Source: Nitrospirota bacterium | Lineage (GTDB): Bacteria > Nitrospirota > Nitrospiria > Nitrospirales > Nitrospiraceae | Assembly (NCBI GenBank): GCA_963703955.1 | Contig: CAVPGK010000010.1 | Span: 237,969-301,968 of the forward strand | Direction of reading: 5' to 3' | DNA: 64,000 nt | The notes under the pieces: model-generated | What the model was told of the DNA's origin: nothing | What the model saw: only the letters and a program-made list of their open reading frames with translations | The model's database searches: none | Made by a program: the position numbers and the translations under genes | Shown here: one piece after another, positions 48,987 through 60,517 of the stretch | Layout of the letters: each line of letters begins with the position of its first letter | How positions within the stretch are numbered: position 1 is the first letter of the stretch

Positions 48987-50351
48987 ATGACTGATGGCGG
49001 ATTACTTCGCGGTCATTCGATCATCGTCGTGGGGGCAGGACTGGCGGGGCTAGCGGCCGCCGTCGATCTCCGTGAGAATGGCGCACGGGTGATCGTGTTC
49101 GAGGCGCGCGACCGGATCGGGGGACGCGTGTGGACGCTGCGTGACGGCTTTGTCGCGGGGCAGCATGCCGAGGCCGGCGGCGATCTCATCGAAGAAGGGC
49201 AGGAGGAAATCCGACGGCTGGCCGTCAAGCTCGGGCTTGAGCTGGCCCCCATCCTCCGGCGAGGGTTCTCCTTTGTTGGGCGTGGTCCCGACGGTCGCCC
49301 ACGCCCACGTATCGGGCCGGGCGGCGGACCGTGGAAAAAGCTCAGCGAGCTGCTCGAGTCATGGGTCCGGGACTTTTGTTTGGCCGAACAGCAATGGGAC
49401 AGCGTGATTGCAAAAACCCTGGCTCAGGTTTCTGTGGCGGAGTGGCTCGATCAGGTAAAGGCCGGCGGGGAATTGCGCGCGCGCGTGTTGGGCTTGAGAG
49501 GGTTCTTCCTGGCCGATCCACGCGATCTCTCATTACTGGCGCTCGTGGATCAATTGGCCTCCGAGGTCCCCGGACGCGGAAGGATGCACCGGATCAAAGG
49601 CGGCAACGATCGGCTCGTATCGGGCCTGGCTGCCATCCTCGGCGCCCGCGTGCACCGACGGACAGAGTTGCTCGGAGTCTCGCAGACACCCGATACGGTA
49701 CGGGCAACTGTTCGCTCGACCGACGGTGCGCAGAGCCTGATGACCGCGGATTATGTGATCCTCACCCTTCCGGCAACCACATTGCGAGATATTGCCTTTG
49801 AGCCGCCGCTGCCGCCGCGACAGCGCGAGGCCATCCGGCAACTGCGGTACGGTCGCGCGACCAGAACCCTGTTGCAGTTCAAGCGCCGGTTCTGGCGGAA
49901 GGGCGGGTGGCCGAAGGCCTTCGGGACAATGCTCCCGATCGGCGCACTCTGGGACGGCAATGAGGAACAGCCCGGCAGGGAAGGTATCCTGTCGCTGCTC
50001 GCCGGGGGATCAGCAAGCGAAGAGACGAGGGTCATCACCGAACGCGGCATCGAGGGACTGGTGGACTCGCTTGAATGGCTGGGTGCGGCAGGCGTTCCTG
50101 TGCTGGCCTCACGCCAGGTCTGTTGGGAGGATGACCCGTGGGCGCGTGGGGGGTACGCTTACTTCGATCCGCTCTTCGATCCGGCGCTGCGCGGCTGGCT
50201 AGGACGACCTCATGGTCGCGTGCTCTTTGCGGGGGAGCACACGAGCTTCAGGTGGCAGGGGTACATGAATGGCGCCGTTGAAAGCGGCCTGCGAGCCGCG
50301 GCAGAGGTCCGAGCGCTGGTTCGGCAACAGAAACGAGGAATGAGAGATTGA
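48987..50351 (+). CDS. Flavin monoamine oxidase family protein
   Basis: GAGLAGLAAA, EARDRIGGRV and FAGEHT...GYMNGAVESG motifs. Confidence 0.9.
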   Translation: MTDGGLLRGHSIIVVGAGLAGLAAAVDLRENGARVIVFEARDRIGGRVWTLRDGFVAGQHAEAGGDLIEEGQEEIRRLAVKLGLELAPILRRGFSFVGRGPDGRPRPRIGPGGGPWKKLSELLESWVRDFCLAEQQWDSVIAKTLAQVSVAEWLDQVKAGGELRARVLGLRGFFLADPRDLSLLALVDQLASEVPGRGRMHRIKGGNDRLVSGLAAILGARVHRRTELLGVSQTPDTVRATVRSTDGAQSLMTADYVILTLPATTLRDIAFEPPLPPRQREAIRQLRYGRATRTLLQFKRRFWRKGGWPKAFGTMLPIGALWDGNEEQPGREGILSLLAGGSASEETRVITERGIEGLVDSLEWLGAAGVPVLASRQVCWEDDPWARGGYAYFDPLFDPALRGWLGRPHGRVLFAGEHTSFRWQGYMNGAVESGLRAAAEVRALVRQQKRGMRD

Positions 50352-50363
50352 GTCGAGGTACCA

Positions 50364-50858
50364 TCAGACATGCGGAAGCTTGGCCAGAAAAGCCGGCATG
50401 GCCCGCCAGATATGGTCGATGACGGACACGACGTAGTCGCGCGAGGCCCGGAGGTTCGTGTGCCAATCCGGAACGGCCTCGTGGAGATCCAGAATGGGGT
50501 CGGGCTTCTGAAAGCAAATCTCGTTGAACAGGAACACTTCCCGGTGAAATTGCCGGCGAATGAACTCCCGATGATCCAAACCCATCGCCACCGGAAGATC
50601 GGCGCTGTCAAGCAGTGCTTGCGTGAGTCTGCGCTGAACATGCTGTGAGAGGTCTACGCCTTTTGCTTTCAGATAGTCGCGAATGAAAGGATGCACCGAC
50701 TGAGGAGCGGGTGTCATCACTTCGATCCCGGCCGAGCCGATCACATAGCGTGAGTCATGCCGGAGGTGCGCCTTTACCGCGTATTCGGCCACCATGCTCC
50801 GAAAAATGTTGCCGGTGCAGATGAACAGAATGTTTTTCACGGGCTGAGAGCTACTCAT
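50364..50858 (-). CDS. Low-molecular-weight protein tyrosine phosphatase / ArsC family
   Basis: ILFICTGNIFRS P-loop and SAG motif. Confidence 0.85.
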   Translation of the reverse strand: MSSSQPVKNILFICTGNIFRSMVAEYAVKAHLRHDSRYVIGSAGIEVMTPAPQSVHPFIRDYLKAKGVDLSQHVQRRLTQALLDSADLPVAMGLDHREFIRRQFHREVFLFNEICFQKPDPILDLHEAVPDWHTNLRASRDYVVSVIDHIWRAMPAFLAKLPHV

Positions 50859-50953
50859 CCTGCCCTGAATCTTCCTTTCTTTATCATAGTAGGTGTTGCT
50901 GATGGCGGCAGGACTATCCCTTTTTCTTTCTGAAGACGGTACAATGAGCCGCT

Positions 50954-51833
50954 ATGACCACGACTGCAACACAGAAACCAGTGATCGGGAAGGCGGCCGG
51001 CAAACTCGGCGAAGAAACGGACAGGCTGCGGACGCGCTTGTGCCGGCTGGTCGGGCAGGCCATCGCCGACTACCGAATGATCGAAGACGGCGACAAGATC
51101 ATGGTCTGCCTGTCAGGCGGAAAAGACAGCTACGGCCTGCTGGACATCCTCGTGGCCCTGCAGAGTCGCGCTCCGATTCGTTTCGATCTCGTTGCGGTCA
51201 ACCTCGATCAGAAGCAGCCCGGCTTTCCTGCTCACGTGCTTCCCGAGTACTTGACGGGACTCGGCGTGCCCTTCCGCATCGAAGAACGGGATACCTATTC
51301 AATTGTGAAGCGTCTTATCCCAGAGGGCCAGACCACCTGCTCATTGTGTTCGCGGCTCCGGCGGGGACACCTCTACCGCATCGCCTCCGAGTTGCGGGCG
51401 ACCAAGATCGCCCTGGGTCATCACCGCGACGACATCCTCGAAACCCTGTTCCTGAATCTGATTCTATGGAGGGAAGCTCAAGGCCATGCCTCCCAAGCTC
51501 CGTTCAAAGGATGGGAGGCATCTCGTGATTCGTCCGCTGGCTTATGTGAAGGAGGCCGATCTCGCGCGCTACGCGGAGCTACGGGAGTTCCCGATCATTC
51601 CGTGCGACCTGTGCGGCTCGCAGGAGAACTTGAAACGCAAGCAGGTCAAGGCGCTACTGCGCGACTGGGAGCAGCGGTTCTCCGGGTGCGACGAGAGCAT
51701 CTTCGCGGCGCTCGCAAACGTCTCACCGCCATTCCTCATGGACCGCACGCTGTTCGATTTCCACGCTCTGCGGGCAGCAACTCAAGCCGACGAGACCGAG
51801 CTCACCCCACCAATAACAGACTCGAATTCCTGA
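50954..51833 (+). CDS. ttcA: tRNA 2-thiocytidine(32) synthetase, frameshifted near 51460
   Basis: [32 protein letters not shown] and PCDLCGSQ motifs. Confidence 0.93.
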
Positions 51834-51868
51834 CGTCTGCGAGAAGCGCTCGTTCGGGGCAGCGACAC

Positions 51869-52393
51869 TTAGTCGTGCGCAAACCGTCGGCAGAAGAGAT
51901 CAACCGTTTTCCGAAAGATGAACAGTGCTGTGTCTTGGGGAGAGGCTGCCACGGCAGCATCGGCTGCCGCCCTGACATCCTCCGGCGAGACCCGAAACCG
52001 CTTCGCAACCGAGTCTGCATCTTCCAGATCCAATTCTGTTCCTCGGCGTAACTTGGCAATGATGAAGTCGGTCGGGGCGAGCAGGCGTACGCGTAATTTC
52101 GCACGGTCGATCAAGGTGGAGGTCCGCTCGCGATAGCCCGGAGGCATGGCTATAACCGACCATCCGGAAATGTTCGCGCCGAGGTCCGCCGGAATGTGAT
52201 GATCAGCCAGGAATTGGACCAACGGACTGAGCTCGCCGATCAACTCTCCATCCACGTCATGAGTGGCTCGATCCCGGTCTCCATAGGCCTGAAGGGCAAG
52301 TCCTCCGACCAGGATCAAATCGATGGCGGAACCGGTCGCGTCCACATAGTCGGCGAGAAGGGCAAGAAGCCGGTCAGTGGTGAGCGCCGACAA
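51869..52393 (-). CDS. DUF6036/AbiEii-like nucleotidyltransferase
   Basis: LVGGLAL...RATHDVD and IIAKLRRG...DLED motifs. Confidence 0.75.
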   Translation of the reverse strand: MSALTTDRLLALLADYVDATGSAIDLILVGGLALQAYGDRDRATHDVDGELIGELSPLVQFLADHHIPADLGANISGWSVIAMPPGYRERTSTLIDRAKLRVRLLAPTDFIIAKLRRGTELDLEDADSVAKRFRVSPEDVRAAADAAVAASPQDTALFIFRKTVDLFCRRFAHD

Positions 52394-52646
52394 AGTGGAG
52401 GGCCTCCATCACAGTCCGGTACTCTCGATAATCAATCGGTCCCATGTCAGCAGGGAGTGGTTGGCGAGGAACGAACTCGGTGATCACACTGCGGTAGGCG
52501 GTAAACCATCGGCAGGCCTTCTGATATGCCTCCTGAACAGCAGCGTGCTGACACCACCGAGAAAGGTCCAACCGGTCGTTGACGAGAATTTCCAACCACA
52601 GCAACCGTTGCCCTCTCGGATCAGCAAGGGCCTGTTCGAGGGACAT
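52374..52646 (-). CDS. Hypothetical protein, partner (antitoxin-like) of the nucleotidyltransferase
   Basis: About 90 aa, GGAG RBS, overlaps the downstream NTase start. Confidence 0.6.
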   Translation of the reverse strand: MSLEQALADPRGQRLLWLEILVNDRLDLSRWCQHAAVQEAYQKACRWFTAYRSVITEFVPRQPLPADMGPIDYREYRTVMEALHFVGAHH

Positions 52647-52738
52647 TGCTCCCGTGTAAGCAGGCAGGACCTTCAGATGAGTCTCAAGCACAGGGACCTC
52701 ATATCCCAGTGACGCCCCCAGGGAGACAATTTCAACTC

Positions 52739-52767
52739 AGTATAAGAGGGCATCTAAGGAGTTGCAA
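52739..52767 (-). promoter_or_regulatory. Putative sigma70 promoter of the NTase pair
   Basis: The minus strand has TTGCAA-N17-TATACT. Confidence 0.55.
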
Positions 52768-52945
52768 GAAACAGCCTTCATGCCGATGGAGCGCGAGGTG
52801 ATAGGTGGTCGAACCTGGCCGGTAGATTGATCATCATCCGGCGGCCTTCCGACCGACCGGAGAGTTCGCTCGTCGCAGAGGTGCAGGGGAAGACCAAGAT
52901 GGAGTTTCCGTTCTGTCCGCCGGTCCGATTGGCGGAATGGTACGC

Positions 52946-54452
52946 CTAGGCGTCCTTAGCTGACAGCGGCGTCGCGATGTGCTCCAGCGACTGTCGCTCA
53001 GCCTTCACTCCATAGACCATTTCGACGACAGCGGCGATGAGCATGAGCCCTGCGCCGACGAGATTCCCCCAGAAGACGCTTGCAGCCGAGCTCTGAATCA
53101 GTTGCGCAAACAGCCATGGCGCGAGGATGCCCGCGCCCTGAGCGACGACGAAGAAGAAGGCGATGGCCATGCCGCGGATCTCCATCGGAAAGACCTCGCT
53201 TACGGTCAGGTACGCCGAGCTTGCGCCGGCGGAGGCGAAGAAGAAGATGATCGACCACGCAATGGTCTGAGTCAGCGCGGTCAAGTACCCCTGCCAGAAC
53301 AAGTAGCCCGTGCCGGCCAGCAATACGCCCGAGAGCCGCGTAGGTCAGCGTGATCATCGGTTTGCGTCCGATTGTGTCGAAGAACCGCCCCAGCAGGAGC
53401 GGCCCGAAGAAGTTGCCGATCGCGAAGGACAGGATATACAGCCCGACGCGACCGGCCGGCACTTCGTAGAACTTCGTGAGCACGAGGGCATAGGTAAAGA
53501 AGATCGCGTTGTACAGGAACGACTGCGCCATCATCAAGGCTGAGCCCGAGCACCGTGCGGGTCGGATAGGTTCGAAACAGTTCCCGCGCGACCAATGCCG
53601 AATGTCGCAGGGGGAAGTGGGCGGCAGGGTGATCGGCCCTCCGGCGCGGGCAACTGTCTCGAGGCCTTCGTCTCGCTGTTACCGTCTCCTCGATCTGGCA
53701 AACGACCTGCCTCCGCCTCGTCGTACCCGGCCGTGGGTCATCAGCCAGCGCGGGCTTTCCGGAACGTAATCGGCGAATCAGCAGGATGCCGAGACCAAGA
53801 ATTCCACCCAGCGCGAAGCAGAATCGCCATCCGAGGTTTTGCGGCGATCACATTCGGGGTTGAGCAGCGGGATCGTCGAGGAGCGCACCCATCACCGTGC
53901 CCAGCCCACCAGCTGCCGTTGATCGCCAGGTCGGTGTGCCCGCGCAGCCCGCGCTGGGATCAGCTCGTCGATGGCCGAGTTGATCGCCGAGTATTCGCCG
54001 CCGATCCCGGCGCCCGCGAGAAAACGAAATACCATGAAGCTCCAGAGGTTCCACGAGAAGGCCGTCAGGACCGTCGCGACCAGGTACAGGAGGAGCGTGA
54101 GGATGAACCATTTCTTGCGCCCTTGCCGGTCGGTGAGGTAGGAGAACACGAAGGCCCCCGTGACGGAACCGGCGAGATACGCCGACGCCGTCAGTCCGAC
54201 CTCGGCTTCGGTCAGGTTCAGCGTCGTGGGGGCGGTAAGCACCGCGCCCAAGGCGCCCACGATGGTGACTTCGAGACCATCGAGAATCCAGGTTATGCCA
54301 AGCGCGGCGACAATCAGCCAGTGCCAACGCGACCACGGCAAGCGGTCCATGCGTTGAGGAATATTCGTGGTGACCAAATGACCCGCACCAGTCGCCACGT
54401 CGCCATCACGTTCTGTCATTGAGAGATCTTCTCTCCTTTCCATGCCGACCAT
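52946..54452 (-). CDS. MFS transporter, broken by multiple indels
   Basis: [36 protein letters not shown] and [10 protein letters not shown] motifs spread over several frames. Confidence 0.85.
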
Positions 54453-54627
54453 TCATCCGGGTTGGCTGCGTCTTATACACCAACCAACTCCGCGAGGCCA
54501 GGCTTCAGCTCTCTGCCTATAGTTGACGATTGGGATGCAGGCGAGCAAGGAGAAGGAGAACGAGCAGTCATCCTGAGAGCGGCAAAAAAAAGATTCTGGA
54601 TCGAGCGATGAGGAACCTGGACAAGCG

Positions 54628-55191
54628 TTACTTCTTCAACTTTTCGGCGAACTGCTTCCGGAACTTGGCGACCTTGGGATTGACCACGTAGACACAGTAC
54701 CCCTGCGCCGGGTTTCTGGCAAAATATTCCTGGTGGTAGTCCTCGGCGATGTAGAACGGTCCGGCGGGGACCACCTCGGTGACGATCGGACGGTCGAAGA
54801 CTTTGTCCTTCGTGAACGTGGTGATCACGTCCTCGGCGATGGCCTTCTGATCCGGCGAGTGAGAGAAGATCGCTGACCGGTATTGGGTGCCGACGTCGTT
54901 GCCCTGGCGGTTGAGCGTGGTCGGATCGTGGATCGCAAAAAAGACCTCGAGAATTTCCCGGAAGGAAACCACGTTCGGATCGAAGGTGATCTGCACCGCT
55001 TCGGCATGGCCGGTGCGGCCGCTGCATACCGCCTCGTAGGACGGATTCGGAACCTGGCCGCCCATATAGCCGGACTCGACCGACTCCACGCCCTTCATCT
55101 GGTCATAGACCGCCTCCAGGCACCAGAAGCAGCCGCCGGCCAGCGTGGCAACTTGCTTCCCGTGAGGCGGGATGGCTTGCGCGTCAGTCAT
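54628..55191 (-). CDS. msrA: Peptide-methionine (S)-S-oxide reductase
   Basis: [18 protein letters not shown] and AEDYHQEY motifs. Confidence 0.96.
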   Translation of the reverse strand: MTDAQAIPPHGKQVATLAGGCFWCLEAVYDQMKGVESVESGYMGGQVPNPSYEAVCSGRTGHAEAVQITFDPNVVSFREILEVFFAIHDPTTLNRQGNDVGTQYRSAIFSHSPDQKAIAEDVITTFTKDKVFDRPIVTEVVPAGPFYIAEDYHQEYFARNPAQGYCVYVVNPKVAKFRKQFAEKLKK

Positions 55192-55282
55192 GCTCGTCTC
55201 CTCTCGTGGGTCCGCAGCAATATTTCCATATGCACACTGTAGGTGTTATAGCACCACCGGCCACCGCGTCGCCACGGTGCCG

Positions 55283-55606
55283 TCACAATTGGCCTTCTAA
55301 ATGGTCATGAGCTGCACGCAGCGTGATGCCTAGCTGAACCAGCTTGCGCGTAAAACCCTCGGATGTATTCAGCGTGTGGACGAAACTTCCATCCGGGCGC
55401 GCATAAGAAATGAGCCCACCGCCCTCGAGCTGAACGACGATCACGGGATCGGTCGCAGCGGCACTCATAAATGTTTGGACCTGGCAGTCTGATTCCAGAA
55501 GGCTGGTCAGTGACATGAACTTGTCTTCGGTCACAAGCACAAACCTGCCGGGACAATGTCGAAGGGGCTTCCACTGCCACCGATCAAGGAGTGTTTGGAC
55601 AGTCAC
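55283..55606 (-). CDS. Hypothetical protein
   Basis: 107-aa coding-like ORF (WKPLRHCPGRF...HTLNT). Confidence 0.6.
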   Translation of the reverse strand: MTVQTLLDRWQWKPLRHCPGRFVLVTEDKFMSLTSLLESDCQVQTFMSAAATDPVIVVQLEGGGLISYARPDGSFVHTLNTSEGFTRKLVQLGITLRAAHDHLEGQL

Positions 55607-56056
55607 CGCTCTTCACTTGCCCAGCATCAGATTCCATCACTGCGCCTCAGGTATTCTACAACACCGTGTGCCATGATGCCCCTTTGGCAGATAAAAATAC
55701 GTGTATTGACTTAATCGAAAGAACGTGCGATAAAGGCTGCGCCGCATCAAACAACAGAGGAGGCGGCTAGTGGTCGGGCACAGATCAACTTCTATGCGCC
55801 CGAAGATATTGAAAAGCGCTCGCTTCTGTTCTCAGCACGCATTACTCCCACAACGCGTTCGCCTCCTCGTGAGCTTCTCCGCGTCCCTTTCGGCGATGAT
55901 TTTTGTTCCTCCGAGTAGTGCTGAACCAAGACTCCCCGGTTTCGTTTCAGAGCAGCAGCGCCTTGTCCCTTGGTCATTTTCTGGTGGAAACTGACGGTTA
56001 AGAGTTTGTACTATTCAGAAACCTCGTGAGCGCAACAAATCCTATTTCAGGGAGGT

Positions 56057-56485
56057 GTGATGATGATCGCGCTTAGACTGTTTGCATTTTTTATTTTTTC
56101 AGCTTTGCTGACTGGTGCTAGCGTCGCTGAAGCCGCCGATGAATATGTCGAATGCCCTACTCCGGATAAGCATTCGACGGTCAAGTGTTATTACAGGCTT
56201 GAAATCACTAACGTGATAGGACAGGGCGTGTTCGAAGGCAAGGTCGCGGAGAAGACCAAAGCAGATGTTAAGAAAAATTGCAAAGATCACAACTCGAAGC
56301 CGACGGAAAAGCCGTGCGGTGACAGAAACGATACCGGGACCTACAAATTTAAGATCGACGGTGACACATCAGACATAAAAAAGAATTCAGACGTCCATTT
56401 GGAAAATGACCCCACGTCAACCGGCCCTATCAACCTTCTTAAGAGAACGGCGCCTGCGGAGCTACCAAAAAAACTAATGAAGTAG
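56057..56485 (+). CDS. Secreted hypothetical protein with 4 Cys residues
   Basis: GGGAGGTG RBS; signal peptide ending AEAA; AT-rich. Confidence 0.7.
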   Translation: MMMIALRLFAFFIFSALLTGASVAEAADEYVECPTPDKHSTVKCYYRLEITNVIGQGVFEGKVAEKTKADVKKNCKDHNSKPTEKPCGDRNDTGTYKFKIDGDTSDIKKNSDVHLENDPTSTGPINLLKRTAPAELPKKLMK

Positions 56486-56546
56486 CATTGGTCTTTGGTC
56501 TTATGGTGATCGCAGTTAGATCGTTTGATCATGTGAAGGAGGTGCT

Positions 56547-56954
56547 ATGATGCGGAAGCTCAGGCTAGTCCCTGCTTTCTTATTCTTCTTCCTGCTCGCT
56601 GGTCAGGCTCTGCTTTTGCCCGGTCAGGCAAATGCGTGGTGCTGCGGCTGTGGTATGTGCTATTGGGGGTGGTGTACCTGTCCTGGCTACACGGATCCAG
56701 GAGGAGGCCGGTGCCCCTACTGTGGTTCAGAGGACGGTGCGTCGAATGCAACGACCGACTCTGGTACGCCTGGCCTCACTCCTGTTCCTGCGGTTTTGTC
56801 GTCGACTTTCACCGAATCAAATGTCACTCAGCGAGTCATGGAACTGGCGACGGGACGGAAATGTCTTCTCGACAAGCTGGCTCTGAGTCTGCTTGGCAAT
56901 GCCGGGAAAGGTCTGAAGTTTGAACCCATTCGTTTTGATGAGAAAAACATTTAG
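56547..56954 (+). CDS. Secreted Cys/Trp-rich protein
   Basis: AAGGAGGTG RBS; signal peptide ending ANA, then WCCGCGMCYWGWCTCPGYTDPGGGRCPYC. Confidence 0.7.
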   Translation: MMRKLRLVPAFLFFFLLAGQALLLPGQANAWCCGCGMCYWGWCTCPGYTDPGGGRCPYCGSEDGASNATTDSGTPGLTPVPAVLSSTFTESNVTQRVMELATGRKCLLDKLALSLLGNAGKGLKFEPIRFDEKNI

Positions 56955-57116
56955 GGTCTGACCTTGGCTTTCCAGATAGTGGGAGAAGAGAAATAAGGAT
57001 CAGACGGTGATCTGAGGCGAGCAGTCAAGCGTCAAAGATTCTCCGACTGCTCGCCGACCAGTGCAGATTCCAGGGTTGAGAACAACCAAATTCGATTGGA
57101 GACGACGGGAGTCAAG

Positions 57117-60100
57117 ATGGGTGTTGCGTTTGCCAGAACGGCTCGTAAGTCCCGGTTTAGGGTTTTTGTCATCTTGTTTCTGGCCCTGTGCCTGCCAGGA
57201 ATCTGGATTTCGTTCGGGCTGGCGCAAGTACCTCCCATTACACCTTCCGGATTGAACACACAGATCAGCGCGCCGATCGTCATTCCCGGCGGGACTCAGT
57301 ACAACATCACCGGCGGGACTCGACCTGGTGCGGGTCCCAATCTCTTTCACAGCTTCGGTCAATTTGGTGTTCCCACCACCAACATTGCGAACTTCCTCAA
57401 CGAGACTGCACTGCCGACTTCCAACATCCTCGGCCGCGTGACCAGTGGAAACGCATCGAACATCTTTGGAACGATTCAAACCACCGGCTTCGGCAATGCC
57501 AATCTGTTCCTGATGAACCCGGCCGGGTTTTTGTTTGGACCTACGGCCGCCGTGAACGTGGGCGGGATGGCGACCTTCACCACGGCGGATTACCTTCGAT
57601 TGGCCGATGAGAAACTCTTCCGCGCCACGCCAACCCCCGCGGCAGATGCGCTTCTGAGTACGGCCCCGGTCGCAGCTTTTGGATTTCTGGGCTCAAATCC
57701 CGGAGCCATTACTGTCCAAGGCAGTCAGCTCTCGGTAGCAAACGGTCAAGGGATTGCGCTGGTTGGAGGGAATATCACGGTTCAGAATGGGGTATTGGAG
57801 AACGGGAGCGCGCAGTCTGCTCAGCTCTCCGCACCCGGTGGCCGGATCCATCTGGCGAGCGTCGCCTCTCCCGGAGAAATCATGGCGGGAACCTTGGACC
57901 AGGCGCCCAATATCAACGGTCAGTCCTTTGGAGCACTGGGCACGGTCCAGGTGTTGCAGAAGTCCGTCATTGACGCGAGCGGCAATGGCGGCGGCGACCG
58001 TCGTATTCGTGGTGGTCGCTTCATCTTGGATGACTCGACGATCTCCGCCAATACCACGGGTCCGGCCGTGGGCCCGCTGGTTGGCCCGCCCGGAGCCGGC
58101 ATTGACATTCAGGTTGCGCAGGATGTGATGATCCAGAATACAGGCGTTCTCGAAACAAACGTTTCCCCGGATGTGGCTCCCGGAATTGGCTCCGGTGGCG
58201 TGCGCGTCACGGCTGACCACATCGAGATTGTCGGAGTTCCTCCTCCACCTTTCCTGCCGCCGCCGAATCCTCCGCCGCCGATCCCGTTCACAGGCATCCG
58301 CTCCGAAACCAGTGGAGGAGGAAACAGCGGCGATATCACCTTGGTCGCCAATTCCATCCTGCTGAGGCAATTTGCTACCATTCAAACGATGACAACCGGA
58401 GCCCCACCGTCCCCGACTGGGCCAACGGGCCCACCGGCCACCGGTAACGCAGGCAATATCAGCCTGACCACGAATCAGAACCTTGAAATGAACATGGTGG
58501 CGGCTATCCTGTCCATTGCCCAGCCGTTCACTTCAGGAAATGCGGGGAATATTAGCCTGATAAGCACGAATGGAAACATCTCCATGACGAGTAGCGCGGC
58601 CACCTCTCAGACAATTCAGAGTCCTGGAAATGCAGGCACCGTCACGGTGAGCGCGCCACGTGGAGATGTCCTTCTGGACGGTGGTTCGACGTTTTTCAGC
58701 TCCATCTTCGGGCCTGGCGCGGTTGGAGGCAGTGGCGGCGCGGTTCAGGTCACTGCCAACAACCTACTTTCTCCTGAATCAATCTGAGGATCGCCGGGGA
58801 GCACTTTTTAACCCGCAGGTGCCAGGCAACCTCACGGTGAATGTCTCAGGCACCTTACGTGTCGCCGGTGACGCCAGAATTGAAACGGTCGCACGGGGGC
58901 CGGCTCTCGCTGCGGCTGATATGAATATCACCGCCCATGACATCAGCATCACCGGGGGTGGTTTCCTAAGCACTGAATCGAAGAGTTCCGGGCCCGGCGG
59001 ACGTCTGAATATTTTTGCGGAAAATCTGGAGCTCACCGCCGGAGGTCAAATCAGGAGCGGGAGCACCCTAGGGCTCGATCCTCTGACTGGAACGGCCGTG
59101 ATCCCTTCCGGCGCGGGAGGAACCATCACCATCCAAGGCCTGGCAAGTCCGGCTGCCTCAGTGGTGATCGATGGCGCTGGCAGTGGAATCATTACGGACA
59201 CTGTGGGCACGGGCGCAGGCGGCAATACTAACGTCTCGGCGCAATCCGTGACCATCCAGAATGGGGGGATTATCTCAGCCTCCACGTCCGGGATCGCTCC
59301 CAGCGCGACCGGCGGCAGCATCACGATCTCGACCGGGCAGCTCGCACTCAACACCGGCGGTTCTATTTCTGCCGGCAGTAGCGGCCCGGGCAACGCGGGC
59401 ACCGTGACCGTGCAGGGCGTGGCCAGCCCGGCCACATTGGTCCTGATCAACGGGGCCGGCAGCGAGATCCATACTGATACCACCGGCACGGGAGCAGGCG
59501 GCAATATCATCTGACGGCGCAATCGGTGACACTTCAGAATGGCGGCAGCCTTTCGGCGTCAACTTCGGGGACCGCTCCGACCGCGACCGGCGGCAGCATC
59601 GCGATTTCGGCCGGTCAGTCGGTGACGCTAAATGATTCGTCCATTACCGCCAGCAGCACCGGACCGGCCAATGCCGGCAACATTGTCATCAATGCCGGCC
59701 AAAGTTACAGCAGCACGAATAGTTCGGTCACCACGGAGCCGAGCAGGCCAGCGGCGGCAATATCACGGTGACAGCCCCGGTGTGATTCAGCTGACGAATA
59801 GCCAGATCAATGCCTCGGTGGAAGGTTCCACGACGACCGTCGGCGGCGACGTCACGATCGATCCGCAGTTTGTGATTTTGCAGAACAGCCAGATTATCGC
59901 CCAGGCCACCCAGGGCCAGGGCGGGAACATTTCCATTACGACCAATGCCTTGGTCCCGGATGCCACGAGCCTGGTGGACGCCTCCTCCCAGACGGGGATA
60001 AGCGGCACCGTGCGGATTCAATCGCCGAATGCTCCAGCAGCCGGCAAGATCGTGCCGCTGTCCAAGAGCCCGCTCGCGGCGACGGCGCTCCTCGGGGAGC

Positions 60101-60340
60101 GCTGTGCGGCCGTGGTGGGCGGCCAGTACAGCAGCTTCGTGGTGGCGGGACGCTACGGCTTGCCGACGGAGCCGGGCGGGTGGCTGGCCAGCCCGCTGGC
60201 GGGCTGGGCACCGACGCGGGGCGTGAGGCGGCCTCCTCGTTCACGCAGGCAACCGAGATCGTCGCGCTGCGCCGGCTGCCGTCGGCGGGCCGGTGACCCC
60301 GATCTTTTCGACGGACTGGATGGCAGGTTGTGGATCATGA
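57117..60340 (+). CDS. Filamentous haemagglutinin N-terminal (TPS) domain exoprotein, broken by several indels
   Basis: NLFHSFGQF and NLFLMNPAG motifs; GxAGxIxI beta-helix repeats; C-terminus parallels 60518..63769. Confidence 0.85.
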
Positions 60341-60517
60341 CCGGTGGAAGCGAGTTTCAATGGTGGTGCGGACGACCAACGTGATGAAGCATTCCGAAGG
60401 ATTCAGGGACGAACCTAAGGTCTCTGGAACTGTCAACCATCTTGACGAACCGAATCCAGGGCCTTATCTAGGGGGTGTCTCTGGGAATTCATCCGATACG
60501 TGTAAAGAGGGTGAAGC

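Noticed and set aside
52770..52945. Possible riboswitch (GATGGAG-like, fluoride type) in the intergenic region
   Set aside because: The required pseudoknot and pairing are not evident, and no downstream gene lies in the right orientation.
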